Notes under the pieces: model-generated
The model's database searches: none
Seen by the model: the letters and a program-made list of their open reading frames with translations, nothing else
Told to the model about the DNA's origin: nothing
Translations under genes and position numbers: made by a program
Source: Pseudogymnoascus verrucosus
Taxonomy: Eukaryota
NCBI GenBank assembly: GCA_001662655.1
Contig: KV460259.1
Reading direction: 5' to 3' (one strand)
Length of the DNA: 64,000 nucleotides
Shown here: piece by piece, positions 34,070-48,515 of the stretch
Position numbering within the stretch: the first letter of the stretch is position 1
How the letters are laid out: each line of letters begins with the position of its first letter

Positions 34070-36533
34070 ATGGGCGATTACAAGCTATCGGCGAGCTTGG
34101 CGGGGCACGATGATGATGTAAGTCCACTTCGTTGGTTCGCTGTTCTCCCTTGGGGACAGACTTTGGAGGACTTTTGAAGAGTTCTGTCGTCGAAATATAG
34201 ACATGGGCTATTTCTAACTGCTTTGAAAGGTTCGCGCCGTCATATTTCCGTACCCGAATGAGCTGGTATCCGCGTCCAGAGATGGTACGGTCAGGGTATG
34301 GAAGATGATTGCCGAGCCTTTGGCAACTTTCGAAGATACCATAATACAACATGGTTCATCCTTTATAAATGCCATTGCATACTTACCACCCTCCGAAGAA
34401 CATATACAAGGCCTGGTTGTCTCCGGGGGGAAAGAGACCATCATCGAAGTCAGGCAACCGAAACGCCCCGCCGAGGAGTCAGCAGAGGCACTACTACTTG
34501 GACACGCCAACAACGTCTGCGCTCTAGATGTCGGACCAGACGGAAAGTACATAATAAGCGGTGGATGGGATGCCCAGGCTCGTCTATGGTCGGTCGGGAA
34601 ATGGGAGACTGAAGTTCAATTCGAAGGCCATCAAGGGTCGGTTTTGGCGGTCCTGGCCTATGACTCGGAAACCATTATTACGGCATGCGCGGACAATCTT
34701 ATTCGGATATTCCACATTTCTGGCAAACTGCTTAAGACAGTTAAGGGCAGCACTGACGTCGTTCGTGCTCTCTGCAAGGTCCCCAAAGGCCACCCTTCGG
34801 GGGCTGACTTCGCATCCGCCGGAAATGACACAATAATCCGACTATGGACGTTGGCAGGGAACCAAGTCGGCGAGCTTCTTGGACACGAAAATTTTATCTA
34901 CTCATTGGCATCGATACCAACAGGCGAGCTTGTAAGCTCTGGCGAAGACAGGACGGTCAGGATATGGAAGGGCGCAGAATGTGTCCAAACTATTACACAC
35001 CCCGCAATATCCGTCTGGAGTGTCGCAGCAAATCAGGATACTGGAGACATCATCACGGGAGCCAGCGATCGTATTGTGCGCGTATTCTCCCGAGAAGAGG
35101 TACGACAGGCAAATGAAGAGGCAATTCAAGCCTTTGAGGAATCCGTCCGGTCTTCGGCGATACCACAAGAAGCGGCTGGCGATATTAACAAGGAGTCTTT
35201 ACCTGGACCAGAATTTTTGCAAAACAAATCTGGGACGAAAGAAGGACAGGTACAGATGATTAAGGAAAATAACGGTTCTATCACGGCACATCAATGGTCA
35301 GCAAGTCAGGGACAATGGATAAACGTTGGCACTGTGGTCGATTCCGTTGGCAGCAGTGGAAAGAAGACCTCATACCTGGGAAAAGACTACGATTGTGTCT
35401 TTGACGTCGATGTCGAGGAAGGAAAGCCGCCTTTGAAACTTCCATACAACTACTCTCAAAACCCATACGAGGCTGCGCGGAAGTTTGTGGAAGATAATAA
35501 ACTACCCATAGCGTACCTCGATCAAGTCTCTGACTTCATCACGACGAATACGAAAGGTGCGACACTCGGCGCAACTGAGACCCAGGGGCCTGCCCCGGCT
35601 GGTTCGGATCCATGGGGAAGCGAGAACAGGTATCGCCCAGGTGGTGGATCGAGCCCTTCAGCACCACCAGCTGCGCCAAAGATCCTGCCTCAGAAGGAAT
35701 ATCTCAATATCCTAGTCGCCCGAGTCGACATCATGGAGAATAAGATCAAAGAGATCAATCGCGAACTCATCGATTCAGGCTCCAAGGCCGTTTCTCTGAA
35801 TCCCGAAGAGCTTGAGGTTCTCTCCGCCCTGCGTTCCCACCTTGAAGCTGCTGGCTCCACGTCAACATCCCAAGACGTAACCGGCGGCCTTGAGCTCGCC
35901 ATCAAATTGGCCAAGGACTGGCCATATTCCAAGCGCCTGCCTGGCCTCGACCTTCTCCGCCTGCTAGCTGTTGCGCCCAACACTGCAACTTATCAAAGCC
36001 CGCGCGGTGCCGACATAATCGAGATTCTCGAATCAAGCGTCAGCGCCGAGCAGCCCCCCGCCGAGAACAACGTTATGCTTGCCGTCCGCGCGTTTGGCAA
36101 CCTGTTCGCCACCCCGGAGGGCCGGAGACTGGCATCCCACGAGTTCGACCGGATCTTCTCCATCTCGTCGAAGTCACTCGAGGGGAAGACGACCAATCGA
36201 AACCTACTCGTCGCCGTGACCACGCTAGCGATCAACTACTCAGTTCTTGTGACTTCTTCGGAGGATGCGGCGGAGGTAAGCTCTGCCACAAGGTTTGAGC
36301 AGTCTGTTGCTTGGCTGGAGTGCTTGGCCGGGATCCTTAGTGAGCAGAAGGACTCAGAGGTGCTTTATCGGGCGATGATTGCAACGGGGACGCTGTTGGG
36401 GCTCGGTGATGAGGTGAGGACCGCAGCGAAGGAGGTGTATGGGATTGATAAGGCGGTAACCAAGGCAATTGGGAAGGCGGTAGACCCGAGGATTAAGAAT
36501 GTGGGGAAGGAAATTAAGGAGCTGTTGAAGTGA
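34070..36533 (+). CDS. DOA1: Ubiquitin homeostasis protein Doa1/Ufd3/Lub1 (WD40-PFU-PUL)
   Basis: Exons 34070-34117, 34230-36533; MGDYKLSASLAGHDDD|VRAV, WD40 repeats, PFU GKDYDCVFDVDVEEGKPPLKLPYN, PUL WPYSKRLPGLDLLRL. Confidence 0.93.
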
Positions 36534-37250
36534 GGATTTGAAAGGAGAGCGAGCTCCGCCGAGGGGGTGGTTGTGGTTGCTGGTGAAATGCATCTGAATA
36601 AGCAGCCATTTAGACTTACAAACAGTGGCTTTGATGAATATTAAACGAAAGCGCAGGCTTTATTCAAAACTTAGGTACTGAATTTACCACGATTATTTCA
36701 AATGATAATATTATAAGGAATGTGATAGAATGTATGGAATGTATCGAATCTAGAATAGAATGGCTTCAACTGTGGACTATTAAGCTCGTAATATCCGCCT
36801 CTCACACACTTACACTAAGCTCGGGCCTGAGCGTTGCCAAGACCCCGAACCTGACTAACCCCACCTGGGACTGCTTACATGACTTGCCCCACCTTCGGCC
36901 TTTCGGCTCTTTGGATTTATTCGGATTTATGATGCAGATAAGCTGTTCTGACGTAAGGCATCTATGGTCGGCCATAGCTTCATGTACAACTGACGGCGTG
37001 GCAACGCATAGTAATATCGATGCAATAGCAATATCTATTATGATGGTATAAGTATATATATCTCTCCAGCTTCTCCTACGTTTTTCATTCTTCATCTCAA
37101 TTCACAATACAATCAACAGCACAGCAATAAAACAGCACAGCAATAACAACTCTACCAATTCCACATCTTCTTCATTGACCCCGCATTCCAGCTTCACAGC
37201 TCCAACTACTCACACAGTTCTCACCCTCCAAAACTCACAACACACATAAA

Positions 37251-38367
37251 ATGGCCTCCGACGGAAAGAAAATCATCGTCGTCTTCGGCGCAACCGGTGT
37301 CCAGGGCGGCTCGGTCATCAAATCCATCCTCGGCGACTCCAAAGCCGCAGCACAATTCAAGATCCGCGCTGTAACTCGCGACCCCTCCAAGCCCAGCGCT
37401 AAGGCACTCGCCGACCAGGGCTGCGAGCTCGTCTCCGTATGTCTTATCGACTCTCCCAGTATGGTTTTTGAGTTGATGCTAACAAGTGGTAGGCGGATCT
37501 GAACAGCGAGAAGGATGTTGCGCGCGTGCTCGAGGGAGCTTATGGCGCCTTCGCTGTTACTAACTTCTGGGAGACTGGAGACCCAGATGTCGAGCTTAAG
37601 CAGGGAAAGAACGTGGCTGATGCCGCAAAGGTATGTTTTTTTTTGCCATTAATTAACTTCTCAGAACCATGCTAACGAGAACAGGAAACTGGATTGCAGC
37701 ACCTGGTCTGGAGTTCCCTGATCGACGTCACCAAGCGTAAGTATCTCTGCTACCCACCCGCTTTACCATCGCAATAATCAGCTAACACCCTCCAGTCTCC
37801 AAAGGCGTCCTCACAAAGGTCTCCCACTTCGACTCCAAAGCCGCCGTCGAAGACTACATCCGCTCCATCGGCATCAACGCCTCCTTCTTCCGCCCGGGCT
37901 ACTACATGTCCAACCTCCAGAAAGGCGGCATCGTCCCCAACGGCGACGGGACCTACTCCGTCCCCCTCCCCATCCCCACCAGCGCCCCAATCCCGCTCTT
38001 CGACACCGCGGCCGACACCGGGAAGTTCGCCAAGGCCATCCTACTCGCGGGCGACAAGGCGTTCGGAAAGACCTACGACGCGGCTGTGGCGTACGTGACT
38101 ACCGCTGAGATTGCGGCGGAGTGGAGCGCGGTGACGGGGAAGGAGGCGAAGGCGGTTGTGGCGGATCCGGAGGCTTGGAAGGCACAGTTGAGGGGGTTTG
38201 GGTTGAGTGAGCACGCGGCGGAGGAGCTGTATCAGAATATGAGGTTGATGGATGAGTTTGGGTATTATGGTGGTGCGTCGCTGGAGGAGAGCCAGAAGAT
38301 TCTGGATGAGAAGTTGACGACTTTGAAGGAGTTTATTGGGAAGCAGGATCAGTGGAAGAACTTGTAA
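37251..38367 (+). CDS. NmrA-like NAD(P)-binding protein
   Basis: Four exons (37251-37436, 37493-37630, 37685-37736, 37796-38367); IVVFGATGVQGGSV, RAVTRDPSK, AFAVTNFWE, HFDSKAAVE, PGYYMSN. Confidence 0.9.
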
Positions 38368-39204
38368 TGTGTCCTGCAACACAATCCAGTTAATTTATGA
38401 CTCCGTTCATATTACCATACGCTCGTATCGTGATTACAGTTGCTATGAACGTCTCTTGTATTCACAGTCACTAGAAATCGAAGCATTATCTTGCATTTCC
38501 CCCGGCCCCCACGAATCAGTCAAGTACACCACCATATATCCGCCAACACACGAACAACACTCACATATGACCATAGACTCAAGAGAATTAGGCATCCCGT
38601 CCGCTCTGCTATACACAAGCTTGTAATTTAGTGGATTGATGCTCTCAATCGTGCCAATAGGCATAGCGTGGAAACTGAGCCCCGTTAGTACACAGACACT
38701 CCCTAGGGTAACTTTATTGTTAATTATTATCCTTATCTCTAAAACCTCTTCCTAGCAACTAGCAGAAGCGGACAGTAAGCAATTCTCTTAATCTAAATAT
38801 AGTCTAGTTTACATAGTGTATAAGTGGTGAACTAACGTATCCACTAGCGCATTTAGATTCCTTCCTATTCTAGGAACTTACACCTGCGATGTGTTTGAAG
38901 AATTAGCCTCGGACCTTCTCCGCTAGAAGTGGGCGTGCAGAGCTGGCGACAAAGATGCCTTGATACAGGGCGATGGCAGTAAGGGAGGTCCGCCCAGACG
39001 TCGCTTAGAAGATTGGGAACAACTTGAATTTTTGGGCACTGAGGATCACTAGTCAGGGCTATTACAGTCTGCGTTGCAGATTATTATTAGTAGATGTGTT
39101 TGTCTAAGTTTGGTTTGCTATGTATGATCCACGCGTTATATTTGAACATCATGAAATGCTATTTTGCACAACAAACTTTCTATCAACTTCAAAAGCCACC
39201 CTGC

Positions 39205-40882
39205 TCAAATCCAGTTCGCAAGCAACTCTTCCGCCTGCTTACTCCGTGGCTTTAACTGCACCTCGAAATGCTCCGGATGACTACTCAACCCATTACTCAG
39301 CGCTGGCACTGGATATATTTCCTTCCCATCCTTATCGACGGCGGGCAGGATATCCATGGTGCGCAGAATAGTAGTCAGGATCATCCACACACTCGCTGCC
39401 GCTAAATGACTGCCAGGACAAATTCTCCTGCCAAACCCAAACGGTCCCTGCGCAAACGGCTCGCCTTCACCACCTTCCTCTCTAGGCGTGAATCTGTCCG
39501 GGTTGAACTTTGAAGGGTTCTTGTACATCGTCTCATCGTAGCACATCGCTCGCGCATTCGCATAGATAGTTGTACCAGCAGGGATGAACATTCCATTATA
39601 CGTGTCATCCTCAATACTTCTGTGGGGAACGCCTAGGGGACTGAGTGGTGCCCACCTAAATGCCTCCTGCACTATGAAGTCAATATATCGCAATCTCTCC
39701 CGATCCTCAAAATTTGGCAAGCGATTACTGCCTACCACAGCGTCAATCTCCGCCTGGGCTTTCTTCAGTACCACTGGGTTCATCAGGAGGTTTAATATGC
39801 AGATGATAATCGTCGACCACGTCGTATTCGCACCCGCAATGAAAATCGCCCCACACGCACCCTTAATGTCCTCAGTCGACAAATTATTCACCTCTCCCTT
39901 CTCTTCACGGGCGGCAGACTCCTCCAGTAGAGTTTGTGCGATACAATTCTGGGCGATACCCTCCTTTATCTCCTTCTGGAGATTCGCAAAGGGGATCTCA
40001 TGGAGGTTCAGGATCGCATGTTTCCAATCGCGAGCGTGCTTTAAGGGCCTGGAGCGAGCGAGCCAGTTCGGGGCGTACTTGAAGATCGGGAAATAGTCGA
40101 CAATAGTCGAAGCGGGTGAACCCCCGTTGGTCGTCGCAAAGTTGGCATCTTCGGTAAGTTTTAGGTATGGGTGATCATTAGAGTCGATAGTAATGCCGAA
40201 GCCGATAGAGAGGACAATAGCGGAGCTGAAGCGCCGCGTGCTTGCCTCCCAGTTTGTTGGATCTTGCATGATGCTATGGACCGCGATGCGGGCCTCGCGT
40301 TCTTGAAGGGTCCGGTATTGCACTATGGCGGATTTGGTGAAGTTGCTTTGGATAATCTTGCGATGAAGTTGGAATTTCGGGCCTGAACGGAGAAAGGTGA
40401 GCGTCATGCCCCAGCCCATGCTTTGGAAGCTGTCAGTCAGGAATCGGGACTGAAAAGCGCAGGGTTACATACACCTCGAAAAGCACAAAACGAGGCCGGT
40501 CTTGGTAGTTTGACCCCTTTTTGCTAAGGAGGTCGACAGCAGCCTTGACGCTGTTGAGCACAACTACCGGCCGCCCAAGAATATTGAAATAGAGGACATC
40601 GGATGCTGTTAAGACACTGCGTTAGCTATCGCTCTCTAAACACAAAGCACGAGGCTAGGAGACCCCTGACATACAGTATTCTTTCCCCCATTCGATATAC
40701 GAGAATTCGGGATTGACCAAGGGCACGCTCCTAAAATGACCAAAGAATGGCTCAGCGGGTGGTCCCGGGGGCAAAGGTAAACCACTATTATTCCTCAGTG
40801 TAAAGAATCTCTTATAGATGTAAAAGACGCCCAAAATAATCAGTCCCGCAATGCTTGAGAGCGCGATAGGAGTAACCGCCAT
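39205..40882 (-). CDS. Cytochrome P450 monooxygenase (CYP64/OrdA-like group)
   Basis: N-terminal anchor plus LPPGPP; I-helix IAGANTT; ExxR (EAFRW); FNPDRF; heme motif FGFGRRICPG; two introns near the 5' end. Confidence 0.93.
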
Positions 40883-41561
40883 AGCGAATAAACAGCTGAA
40901 GCAGGAGAGTGCCTATGTGTTGTGGTAGACTTTCTGACAAGTCGAACTCTTTTAGCATCTCACCACTATCTCAGAGTCCAGGTCAGCGCAGATGTGGGCT
41001 GATTTAAAGAAACAAATGGCGGGATACTTTACTGGTAGGCAGGGGTGTCACAGACACGAATAGCAGACGCCTTGGTTCTGTAAAATGTGGGGCAGTAGAT
41101 AATCCTAGCATTCAGACCGACATACTTACTACCTCCTGTGCCTGTAATGCCTTAGTCAGGTGGCAGGGATTTGGAATATGAAACCCCGCCTGGGGCGTAG
41201 GTCTTCTTTTGTATAGAAGCAGAACATGAATCCTTAATTCTCAACAAGTTTGGGCCTCGGAAGTTTCAGTTACTTCTTGCCAAAGGCAATTCTTCATAGA
41301 AAAGTCAGTAGTGCAGTCTGGAATTGCTGGTATGCTGGTACTGAATAGTTGATCAACTCGTTCTATTGACTAAGACTCGTAAGTTATAAAGGGCAGTACA
41401 CACCTGTTTGAATGACACTGCATATCATCACTTGTGCATATTACGAAGACAGAACGCAATGAGGTTATGCTCTTCATTTGATGTTTTAGTATATTTCTAT
41501 AGTATACGTCGTGCGCTATAGAAGCAATGCCTCTTCCACCGTCCGTACCCTTCACTATGCC

Positions 41562-43239
41562 TCACAAACGACCGCCTCTAATCCTGATCTCTAAAAGTCT
41601 GAAAGGAACATACAAGATAGCGGTCAGACAAAATGCAACCTCGAATCCAATATCACCTGTCGACTTTGCAATCGGGCCCTCATACCACAACTGCGACATA
41701 CACGGGACAATCAATCCAAATGAGCAGATCCCCGCACCCAGCGATGCAATTCCGGTAGGCAGCATTCTCCAGTCTCTCCAAATCGTGTGGTCGTAGGACA
41801 TGTAGTCGCCTTTACGGATAAACGCAAACTCGACAATCATAATCGCGACATAAGAGGCGGACCAATAACTAATTATGCCAAGAAAATTCTCCAGCGATGC
41901 GAAGAAACTGTGCGCTGCCTCGATGGACACTGGGATTAGGACTGCAGTGGTGATAATCGAGAAAGCAGCGCGAGGTGCACGTGTCAAGATCGGCAGGAAC
42001 ATCTGCATGTTCAGCGCAATGGAATACATGCTAATAGCGATATTCCCGATAACGGAGAGTGCCAGGATGACAGCGACGAACTTGCCGAACCCGCCAGCGG
42101 GAGACAGCATAGCCGTCACGACACCGCCAACCGAGTTAGCTAGGTTAGCGGCGTCCCATTCGGGAACGTTTGGGATAGCTCCGCCGATGGCAGCGCCCAG
42201 GATGAGGAGGAGGATAGAGGGGATCGCCATCCCAGTGTAGATATAGGTGAAAACTTTCAATCTGTGGAAGGTGTTAGCAGACAAGGTCTTTGGGCGGCTG
42301 GAGAAGAGAGAGATAAATATGTAGTATACCTCGACGCAGAAGGATCGATATAGATACCGAAGTCCGACACAGTTCCACCAAAGGGAATCATAAAACCCGC
42401 AATCAGAGATGCAAAAGAGAGAACTGACTGCGCCGTAGCAGGCGCCTCTGGCACAGTTTGATGCGTGAGGTGCTTGCCTCCGCACCCGACAAGAACGAGG
42501 ATTGCTACAAAGACCGGAATCCAGCTGTAGCGTTCGTAGATGTGAAGAACTTTATAGCCACTAAACGAAACGACGAGTGCGATAATGCAGGTTATAACGA
42601 TGCCAACGTTGACGCTGATGGTGCTGTCACTTACAGCGGCCAAGGTCTGGCCACCTACGATAGCGGCGATAACAGTGAACCCAGTTATGGTTGCAGCGTT
42701 GAGAAGCAAGATGATACTAACGCCAAAGAAACTATGACTTGATTAGCAAGCTGTGCGAGGTCGGTCTATCGACGAGCATTGCTGAGACACACCCAAAAGC
42801 GTAGCGAGCTTGGATCATTTGTCGCATTCCAGTCTTGGGTCCGAGGGTTCCCATATACGCCGGCACGATGGTAGTGAGCAGCGTGAAAAAGATGATAACG
42901 AGCGAAGAATCACGAAGACTCAGGCCATAGGCGAGTGTTCCAAGCATTCCTGTCGGGATTCTACCAGTCCATCAGTGAAGGCCAATTGTCTGGACATGCG
43001 ATCATAACATACGGCAGAAGACATAGCAATGCCGTGAACCAGATTGTAAACAAATTGAAGACTCTTTTATCTGTCCTCTTCTCTACGGGTACCGGAATGA
43101 TACCGTTTTCCTCAACGCCCCATCCAAGAATCTTGCGCCAAATGGCGCTTTTGGGCTTCAAGGCTTCATCGAATGACGATGACTCAACTGGTGTTGAGGA
43201 TGGTGTAACAGCAACTTTTTCCAAATCATGAGCGTCCAT
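41562..43239 (-). CDS. Purine-cytosine permease family (NCS1; Fcy2/Tpn1-like) transporter
   Basis: GVEENGIIPVP, GPKTGMRQMIQARYAFG, IYERYSWIP, AGGFGKF, LENFLGIISYW, WYEGPIAKSTGDIGFE; several introns. Confidence 0.9.
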
Positions 43240-44049
43240 CTCTGTCGGGGGGGCTGGATTGAGAAGTCCAAAGGTCGTAGAACGTATTTTTACTGTTGTG
43301 TGGCGATCATGGGGGATGGGGTGAAAAGAAATCAGGCTCGCTTAAGTCTTCAAACCTGTTGGTTGATGGTGTCTATGTCTTATTTGAGAAGCCCCTGTCC
43401 TGGATAAATTGCTTCAATACCAGCGGCTCATGCTGATAGGGTAAACAATGGGTATGGAAATTTGAGCTTCTTCTCTATTCCTTGCTGCAACTGAAAGATA
43501 TTAAGGAGGTTGGAATTCCACTTTTCCGTCCCACTAAAGACGGCTACCTACGTGACGCTTTCTACCCCACGCAATCATAAACGGTAAGTTGTACGGAGTA
43601 TTGCATTTAACACCTTGGCAAAACTGTGAGCATCTTGGCCAATTAGCTTGAAAAAGCTTAGCCGCCATCCAAGGACATCCAGGAGCGGTGGGAGTCACCG
43701 CTTGCTCCTCAGTTGGTGACATTTCAAGGGGTCTATTCAAGCATTAATTAGATCCGAAGCCTTTGCTACGTTTTAGCTACTTCGGTCGCTATACCTCCTT
43801 GACCAGCCGCAACAATTTTTTTTTCAAGTACGAGATATACATACCATTGTCAGAATTCAGACCAGTACTCGTTATGAAAATGAGGTAGTGATACCGCTAT
43901 ATTGATCAGAGCTGTTTCTTAGCAGCCAAGTGCGCAAAACAAAATCATTGCAGCTCCTGCGGAGTTGGGTTTAATCTTCACACATATCTAACTATCTTTC
44001 ACCAAACTTTTACAACTGGCTTGTTACACTCTTGACGAGACTACTCACA

Positions 44050-45359
44050 ATGGTATTGCACAATGACACCGATCCGGTCGAGCTGGCTACCCAGTCTTGG
44101 ATAATGTACTCTGTTGGAATGGCTCTAATTGTGCTGCGGATGGGTGCACAGATTAAACGTCACGGCCTGAAGGGTCTTAAGCCCGACGACTATCTGATGT
44201 GTTTAACAGCTGTAAGTTGCTCCTAAGATTCCCACCACGTCCTATGATCTGACAGCGTTTCTTATCCACAGGGTTTTTACACGGCTCTGATTGTCACCCT
44301 GATCGGCTCGGTTTCTGGTGTTGGAGGAAACGGTTTTACCGCTGATGTGGTTGCCACATGGACAGACGCGGAGAAGAAAGAGCATATCAAAAACGCGATA
44401 CTTGTTCAAGTTTGTGAGCAGTTTATGCTAGCGACGGTATACTCTGTCAAAGTCTGTATGCTTTTAATCTACGGTCGCCTCACGTAAGTTTGATTATTGC
44501 ATTCATATTACTTTGAAGAAGCATCTGACGGTTGTACTACAGTATGGGCTTAAAAGAACGTTTTGCCGTGAAGCTGCTTGCTGGCTATGTTGCGCTTGGA
44601 TTTATTGGCACGGAATTGTCCATGTTCTTGCTCTGCAGGCCATACAACCAATACTGGGCCATTCCGCCCAACGACATCGACCAATGCGCTTTCTACAGAA
44701 AATACTCTCTTCCGCAGGCCGTTTTTAATATCTCTTCCGACGCCCTCATGCTTGCCATTCCGCTGCCCTTAGTGATCCGCTCTCATTTACCAACGAAGCA
44801 AAAAATAGCCATGGTTTTACTCTTTAGCATGGGTCTTTTTGTTGTATGTCTCCAGTTTCTCTTCACATACCACCCACCTCGAGAGAACAAACCCCATCTC
44901 ACTTGCTAACCAAATCAGATCATCGCCGGTATTATGTCAAAATCCTTTGCCCTCCTCCCCCAAAACCTTGACAACATCGTCTATGCCTTCTGGTATCTGC
45001 GCGAAGCCTCAGTCGCCGTCTACGTTGCAAACATGCCGCTCCTCTGGCCCATGATCCGGGTCATAACTAAATTCATTACGCGGGAGAAGGATACAACTGT
45101 GTCTAAAAGCACAGGCAACAGCGCAGCGTACGAACTTAGGACCCGCAAAATGCAGAGCCAGAGATTGCCAAACGAGGAGACGGAAACTTGGGATCAAAAT
45201 TCTAGCCAGGAGATGATCGTGGACAGGGGGGTCATCTTCAAGAACCAGACTTTTGAGGTACAGGTAACCGAGAACAAGAATTATACAAAGTCGCGTGTTT
45301 ATGATGAGAGAGAGCACGGGGAAAACGTTTACAGGGTTGATGTAGACTCAAAGTCTTAA
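44050..45359 (+). CDS. PTH11-like integral membrane protein (fungal rhodopsin-like domain, no CFEM)
   Basis: LKPDDYLM, YSVKVCMLLIYGRL, CRPYNQYW, FNISSDALMLAIPLP, WYLREASVAVYVANMP; three introns. Confidence 0.85.
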
Positions 45360-47155
45360 GGGCCACTGGATTTATGGGCGAGAGCTGGCCCAGCGGTTTA
45401 CGTCGTCTCTCCTTTTATTTTTATTTTTTAAAAATCTAGTATAGAATTTATTTGATACCCTTGGTTCTGGTATATGCTATCCAATGTGTGTAATGGGTTT
45501 TAAGGGCAACAAAGTAGCTGCGACGACAGGGGACAGAACACGTTCCATAGACACGAAAAGGAGGATGAAACGTTGTGTGACATGAAGAGACCCATGATAC
45601 GTTCCCTCACGCGGCTTCATTCAAGTGCGCTATTTAAATGGGTCTGGTTATGGGTTGACGAACTAGGGCCATTGACAGCGATCATGTATGGATCGATCGA
45701 CGGTCCGGGGTGACGCGGACCGTGCCAGCTAGCACAGTCTGTGCGAGGGAACGTGGAACGCCTCATGAACAGAGATTGGACCAACAAAACCAACAAACTG
45801 TAGGGGGTGTTAAGGGCCGATGGTAGTGCTATTCGTCCGCAAAGATCCGATCTACAAGATTGCGCTACCTTAGTTTTCGCGGGTCGTCCCTCCGCCTACT
45901 CTCCATAGCGTCCGCTTCTCTATGGAGAATATGTTCCACACGGTTTGGAAGCGCTGTCAAGAAAGGGGCTAACTAGAGAGGTATGGATCACTGCGGCAGG
46001 ACAGTTCCGCCGTATGAATCTGACGCCTTCCTTTCTTATCCCAAGGCCCGCTCAGCATGCAATAGCCTCTTTTCTTTACGAAGTGTGTACATAAATTGCA
46101 TTTACTTAACCAAGGTTGCGAAGGAGGAGGTTGGGCACGGCAGTCTCTGGTCAGGGTCAGGGTAAAAGCAAAATACAGGCATCACTGCAGTAACTGGGTC
46201 CGTGCGCCCGCGGAGAAACTCGACTATGGGATATACTACGATTCCCAGCCAAAATCCGAGCCGAGTTCTCACTTTTGTTGCCTACGCTACTATTTGTGGG
46301 CCATGATGGGCACCCGCTCTGGCCCCGAGAGCGCCCGGTTCCGTGCCTCCAATCCGTGCCAAGCCCGGCTTCGAAGCCCTACCAAGCCGAGAATCCTACT
46401 CAGCTCAACCGGGACCCAGCTCCGACCTACCAACCGATTGGTGTCCGCCGTGCCTCCAGTACAGTTCTGCCGCCGGAGTCACACTGGTCCGGCAGGTCGG
46501 CCCTTCTCCCCAGGGCCGCGTCACAGCCGGAAGTAATTCCAACGCGTGGAGACCCGTTTATTCTTACAACATCCAACACCCCCAAATCACAATGAGGGAA
46601 TTTTCCGTGTCAAAGGGTGTCGCAACCCCTGCAACGCCGCCTGCATTGGCGGCCCTAACCAAATTTTGGGATGCATGTCGGCGTAGCCACGTACAGAGCC
46701 ACGGTGTCATTTTGTTCTATTCTTCTCGAAGATTGTACCCGTAGCCACATAGCAATGCGTACAGTTCGACAAACTATCTTCTACTTTATCAGAGCTCAGA
46801 AAACATGTTACCTGAGGAACGAAGAAATAAAGGTGACAAGGGCAGTGTTGCTATGATGCACTAGCCCACTAGCCTCATAACAAGCATGTACAAGCATTCT
46901 TGTCCGTTCTACCCGCTTTTTATTGGGCTTGCATATGTGGGGCCTGCATGTAGTTTCACTCCCATGCACCTTAGCGCTTACCTTTGGAGAATTGGCTGTT
47001 GAACCACCCCTAGTCCGTCTTTCCATCGATTAGGGGGAATTTTAGCGCCCATCTTCAACTCCACAGAAGCACACCAATCTAAGAATGGATAGAGTCACTT
47101 ATCTCTGTAGGTGTAACCACTGGAATTGAAACTACGAGACGAGCCAAAAACGATC

Positions 47156-48449
47156 ATGCCAGAAATCCTAGGAAAACAAATTGGCCCAGCAGGCTATGGT
47201 CTCTTGGGTGGGTCAAGTTTATTCAGATGTCTAACAGCCTTGAAATAACCCACGCTGACGAGCAGCGCAGGGTTGACGTGGCGTTCGGAGCCCCTATCTG
47301 AGGAGGACTGCTTCAAAGCCATGAGAGCCGCCCTGGCCAACGGCAGCAATTTCGTAAGGCACCTCACAGAGCGATACTTTCCATGCTCTACTCTCGATGA
47401 CGAGTCGATTGGCTGATGGTTTATCTAGTGGAATGCAGGGGAGTTCTACGGGTCTCCAGACTTCAATTCTCTGACACTTTTGGAGAAGTACTTTACGAAG
47501 TACCCCGAGGATGCTGACGAGGTTCTGTTAAGCGTCAAAGGGGGGCTAAAGGACTGGCAGCCGGACGGAAGTCCAGAAAATGTCCGCAGCTCAGTAGACA
47601 ACTGCTTGAAGCTTTTGAATGGCAAGAAGAAGATTGACATGTTTAAATGTGCTAGAGGTATGGCAATAGATCCTTTTCATTGACTCGATGTGGTCCCGCC
47701 TGACGCACTCTTGGAATTGCCTATCCTTCTCATTTCCGCTTATAAATGCAGCAAGTGCTAACTTTGATTATCTAGTGGACAAAAACATTCCAATTGAGAC
47801 AACTTTGAAGGTGCTAGATGAGGAGTACGTAAAGACTGGCAAGATTGGAGGGATTGGTCTATCAGAGGTCTCAGCGGATACTATTGAGCGGGCCGTCAAG
47901 GTTTGCAAGATTGTTGCTGTTGAGGTAGAGGTTTCCTTATGGGCAACAGACATCTTCTCTAATGGAGTGGCACAAGCTTGCGCACGCCATAATCTTCCCA
48001 TTGTTGCGTACGTACAATGAATCCTACCCAGGCTCCATGACTGATGAGAAAGCAGCTATGCACCCATTGGGCGCGGTATGTTGACGGGACAAATCACAAA
48101 GCCAGAAGACATCCCTGAAGGAGATTTCCGCAAGACGGTACCCAGGTTTCAAAAAGAACACTTTGGAAAGAACCTTAAACTCGTCCGGGAACTAGAGAAG
48201 ATTGCCAAAAGATTGGGCTGTACACCCGCACAACTAGCTATTAGCTGGGTCAGGAGTCTCTCCAGGAAGGGCTGGAACCCGGAAATTATCCCGATTCCGG
48301 GTTCGGCGACAGTGGATCGAGTCAATGAGAACGCAAAGTATGTTCCTCTGAGTGTAGAGGATCTTGCGGAGATCGATTCGATTTTACAGTCGTTTGAGGT
48401 AGCTGGGGATCGATATGGTGGCCATGCGGCCGAGTTCATGGATGGGTGA
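47156..48449 (+). CDS. Aldo-keto reductase, pyridoxal reductase-like
   Basis: GPAGYGLLG, WNAGEFYG, VLLSVKGG, IDMF, GKIGGIGLSEVSA, AYAPIGRGMLTG, TPAQLAISW, IPIPGS; four introns. Confidence 0.88.
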
Positions 48450-48515
48450 ACTTATCAGCACAGTTTATAAACTGGAATGCGAATCCTTCTCATTTGGCCC
48501 TCACCATCCATCAAT

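Noticed and set aside
38690..38900. TpA-rich stretch suggestive of a RIP-degraded element
   Set aside because: Short, with no terminal repeats or residual coding similarity; cannot be supported by eye.
45955..45975. AAGAAAGGGGCTAACT resembling RNase MRP/P CR-V
   Set aside because: No matching GAAAGTCCCC-type CR-I found upstream to form the P4 helix.
46096..46744. Overlapping 106-146-aa ORFs in three frames
   Set aside because: No recognisable motifs, signal peptide or splice pattern; probably chance ORFs in GC-rich DNA.
46636..46840. GCCGCC/GGCGGC hairpin followed by CCCTAACC, like a telomerase RNA boundary element and template
   Set aside because: Only an 8-nt match, and the next gene starts about 500 bp downstream, too close for a filamentous-fungal telomerase RNA; a covariance-model search would be needed.
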